A stretch of 63,352 nt of DNA, the filler included, from Sphacelaria rigidula (taxonomy: Eukaryota), in assembly GCA_964200075.2 (NCBI GenBank). It is 11 parts of 11 records of this genome, joined end to end, with 100 filler letters (N's around TTAATTAATTAA, not from the genome) between each part and the next. Parts side by side here need not be neighbours in the genome. Positions count along the whole stretch, not along the records: positions 57,685 to 63,352 come from CAXNAA020025425.1; 10 more parts are not named here. One strand, given 5' to 3'. How positions within the stretch are numbered: position 1 is the first letter of the stretch; each line of letters opens with the position of its first letter. The position numbers and the translations under genes are program-made. Below the pieces are notes generated by a model. The model saw only the letters and a program-made list of their open reading frames with translations. It did no database searches and was not told where the DNA came from. Positions 62,801 through 63,352 of the stretch are shown piece by piece.

Positions 62801-63352
62801 TATTTTCAGTACAAGTCAAGCGTTACTTTGCTTGTGGATTTCTCCGTCGTGTCGGAACAAACCAGCCTGATAATTGGCACAGAGGTACAGTAGGCCACAA
62901 CACAGACAGCATATTCCCGTATCGGCGGCACGTTTTACGTGGTGCGCCACACGCACGAAGTGAAAACGGAATCTGGGCAATGCCATCGATACGCCCTCAA
63001 AACGGAGTCCCCTCGGCCCACACTGTGTGAGACATCTGTGAAGGCATATATGGACACGCGGATGCGCTCACTTCCACATCATGACCTGCTGGGTTGCTCC
63101 TGCCCCGGCAAACGAGCATCGATCCGTATTGGGTACACTCTGGATGATGTCGTTTTCCGCGGTACCTCTCTTGGTATTGCCTGTAGAGGTACTCACTTCA
63201 GGAGGCACGGTCGTGCAAGCGCTGTCAGTGCTTATACGCGCAAAGTATATTATGTACATGTATCATTTCACATCTTCACCGCTTTTGCCGAGTTTCCTCT
63301 GGCGGCAAGGCATTTTTTCCCACACGTCCTATTGCAGCGCTCCGAGAAGGCT

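Overview
This is not contiguous chromosome. It is 11 unrelated, size-sorted contigs of 5,668-5,669 bp joined by artificial 100-bp linkers (44 N + TTAATTAATTAA + 44 N), so no neighbourhood inference is valid across linkers. The DNA is eukaryotic, intron-rich and repeat-dense. The gene content and style (short exons, introns of about 0.1-2 kb, G/C homopolymers, axonemal dynein, sigma-like GST) suggest a brown alga or related stramenopile, which is inference. Manual splicing recovers partial genes for a pirin-like protein (+, 3 exons), a glutathione S-transferase (-, 5 exons to the stop codon), a claudin/PMP22-like tetraspan membrane protein (-, 4-5 exons), a secreted protein starting with an LPMO-like His1 motif (-, first exon) and a DNAH2-like inner-arm dynein heavy chain (+, 8 exons, two GC-AG introns). 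The rest is mobile DNA: a decayed Ty1/copia element, LINE RT fragments, three or four tRNA-derived SINE types, an unclassified ~300-bp repeat at many contig ends, many MITEs/foldbacks (nested, telomere-repeat-bearing, one near-perfect 394-bp intronic hairpin) and SWIM-finger transposase remnants. I see no CRISPR array, no genuine tRNA/rRNA gene and no clear multi-gene novel system. The best leads are the claudin-like protein, the LPMO-like N-terminus and the unclassified repeat and SINE biology.
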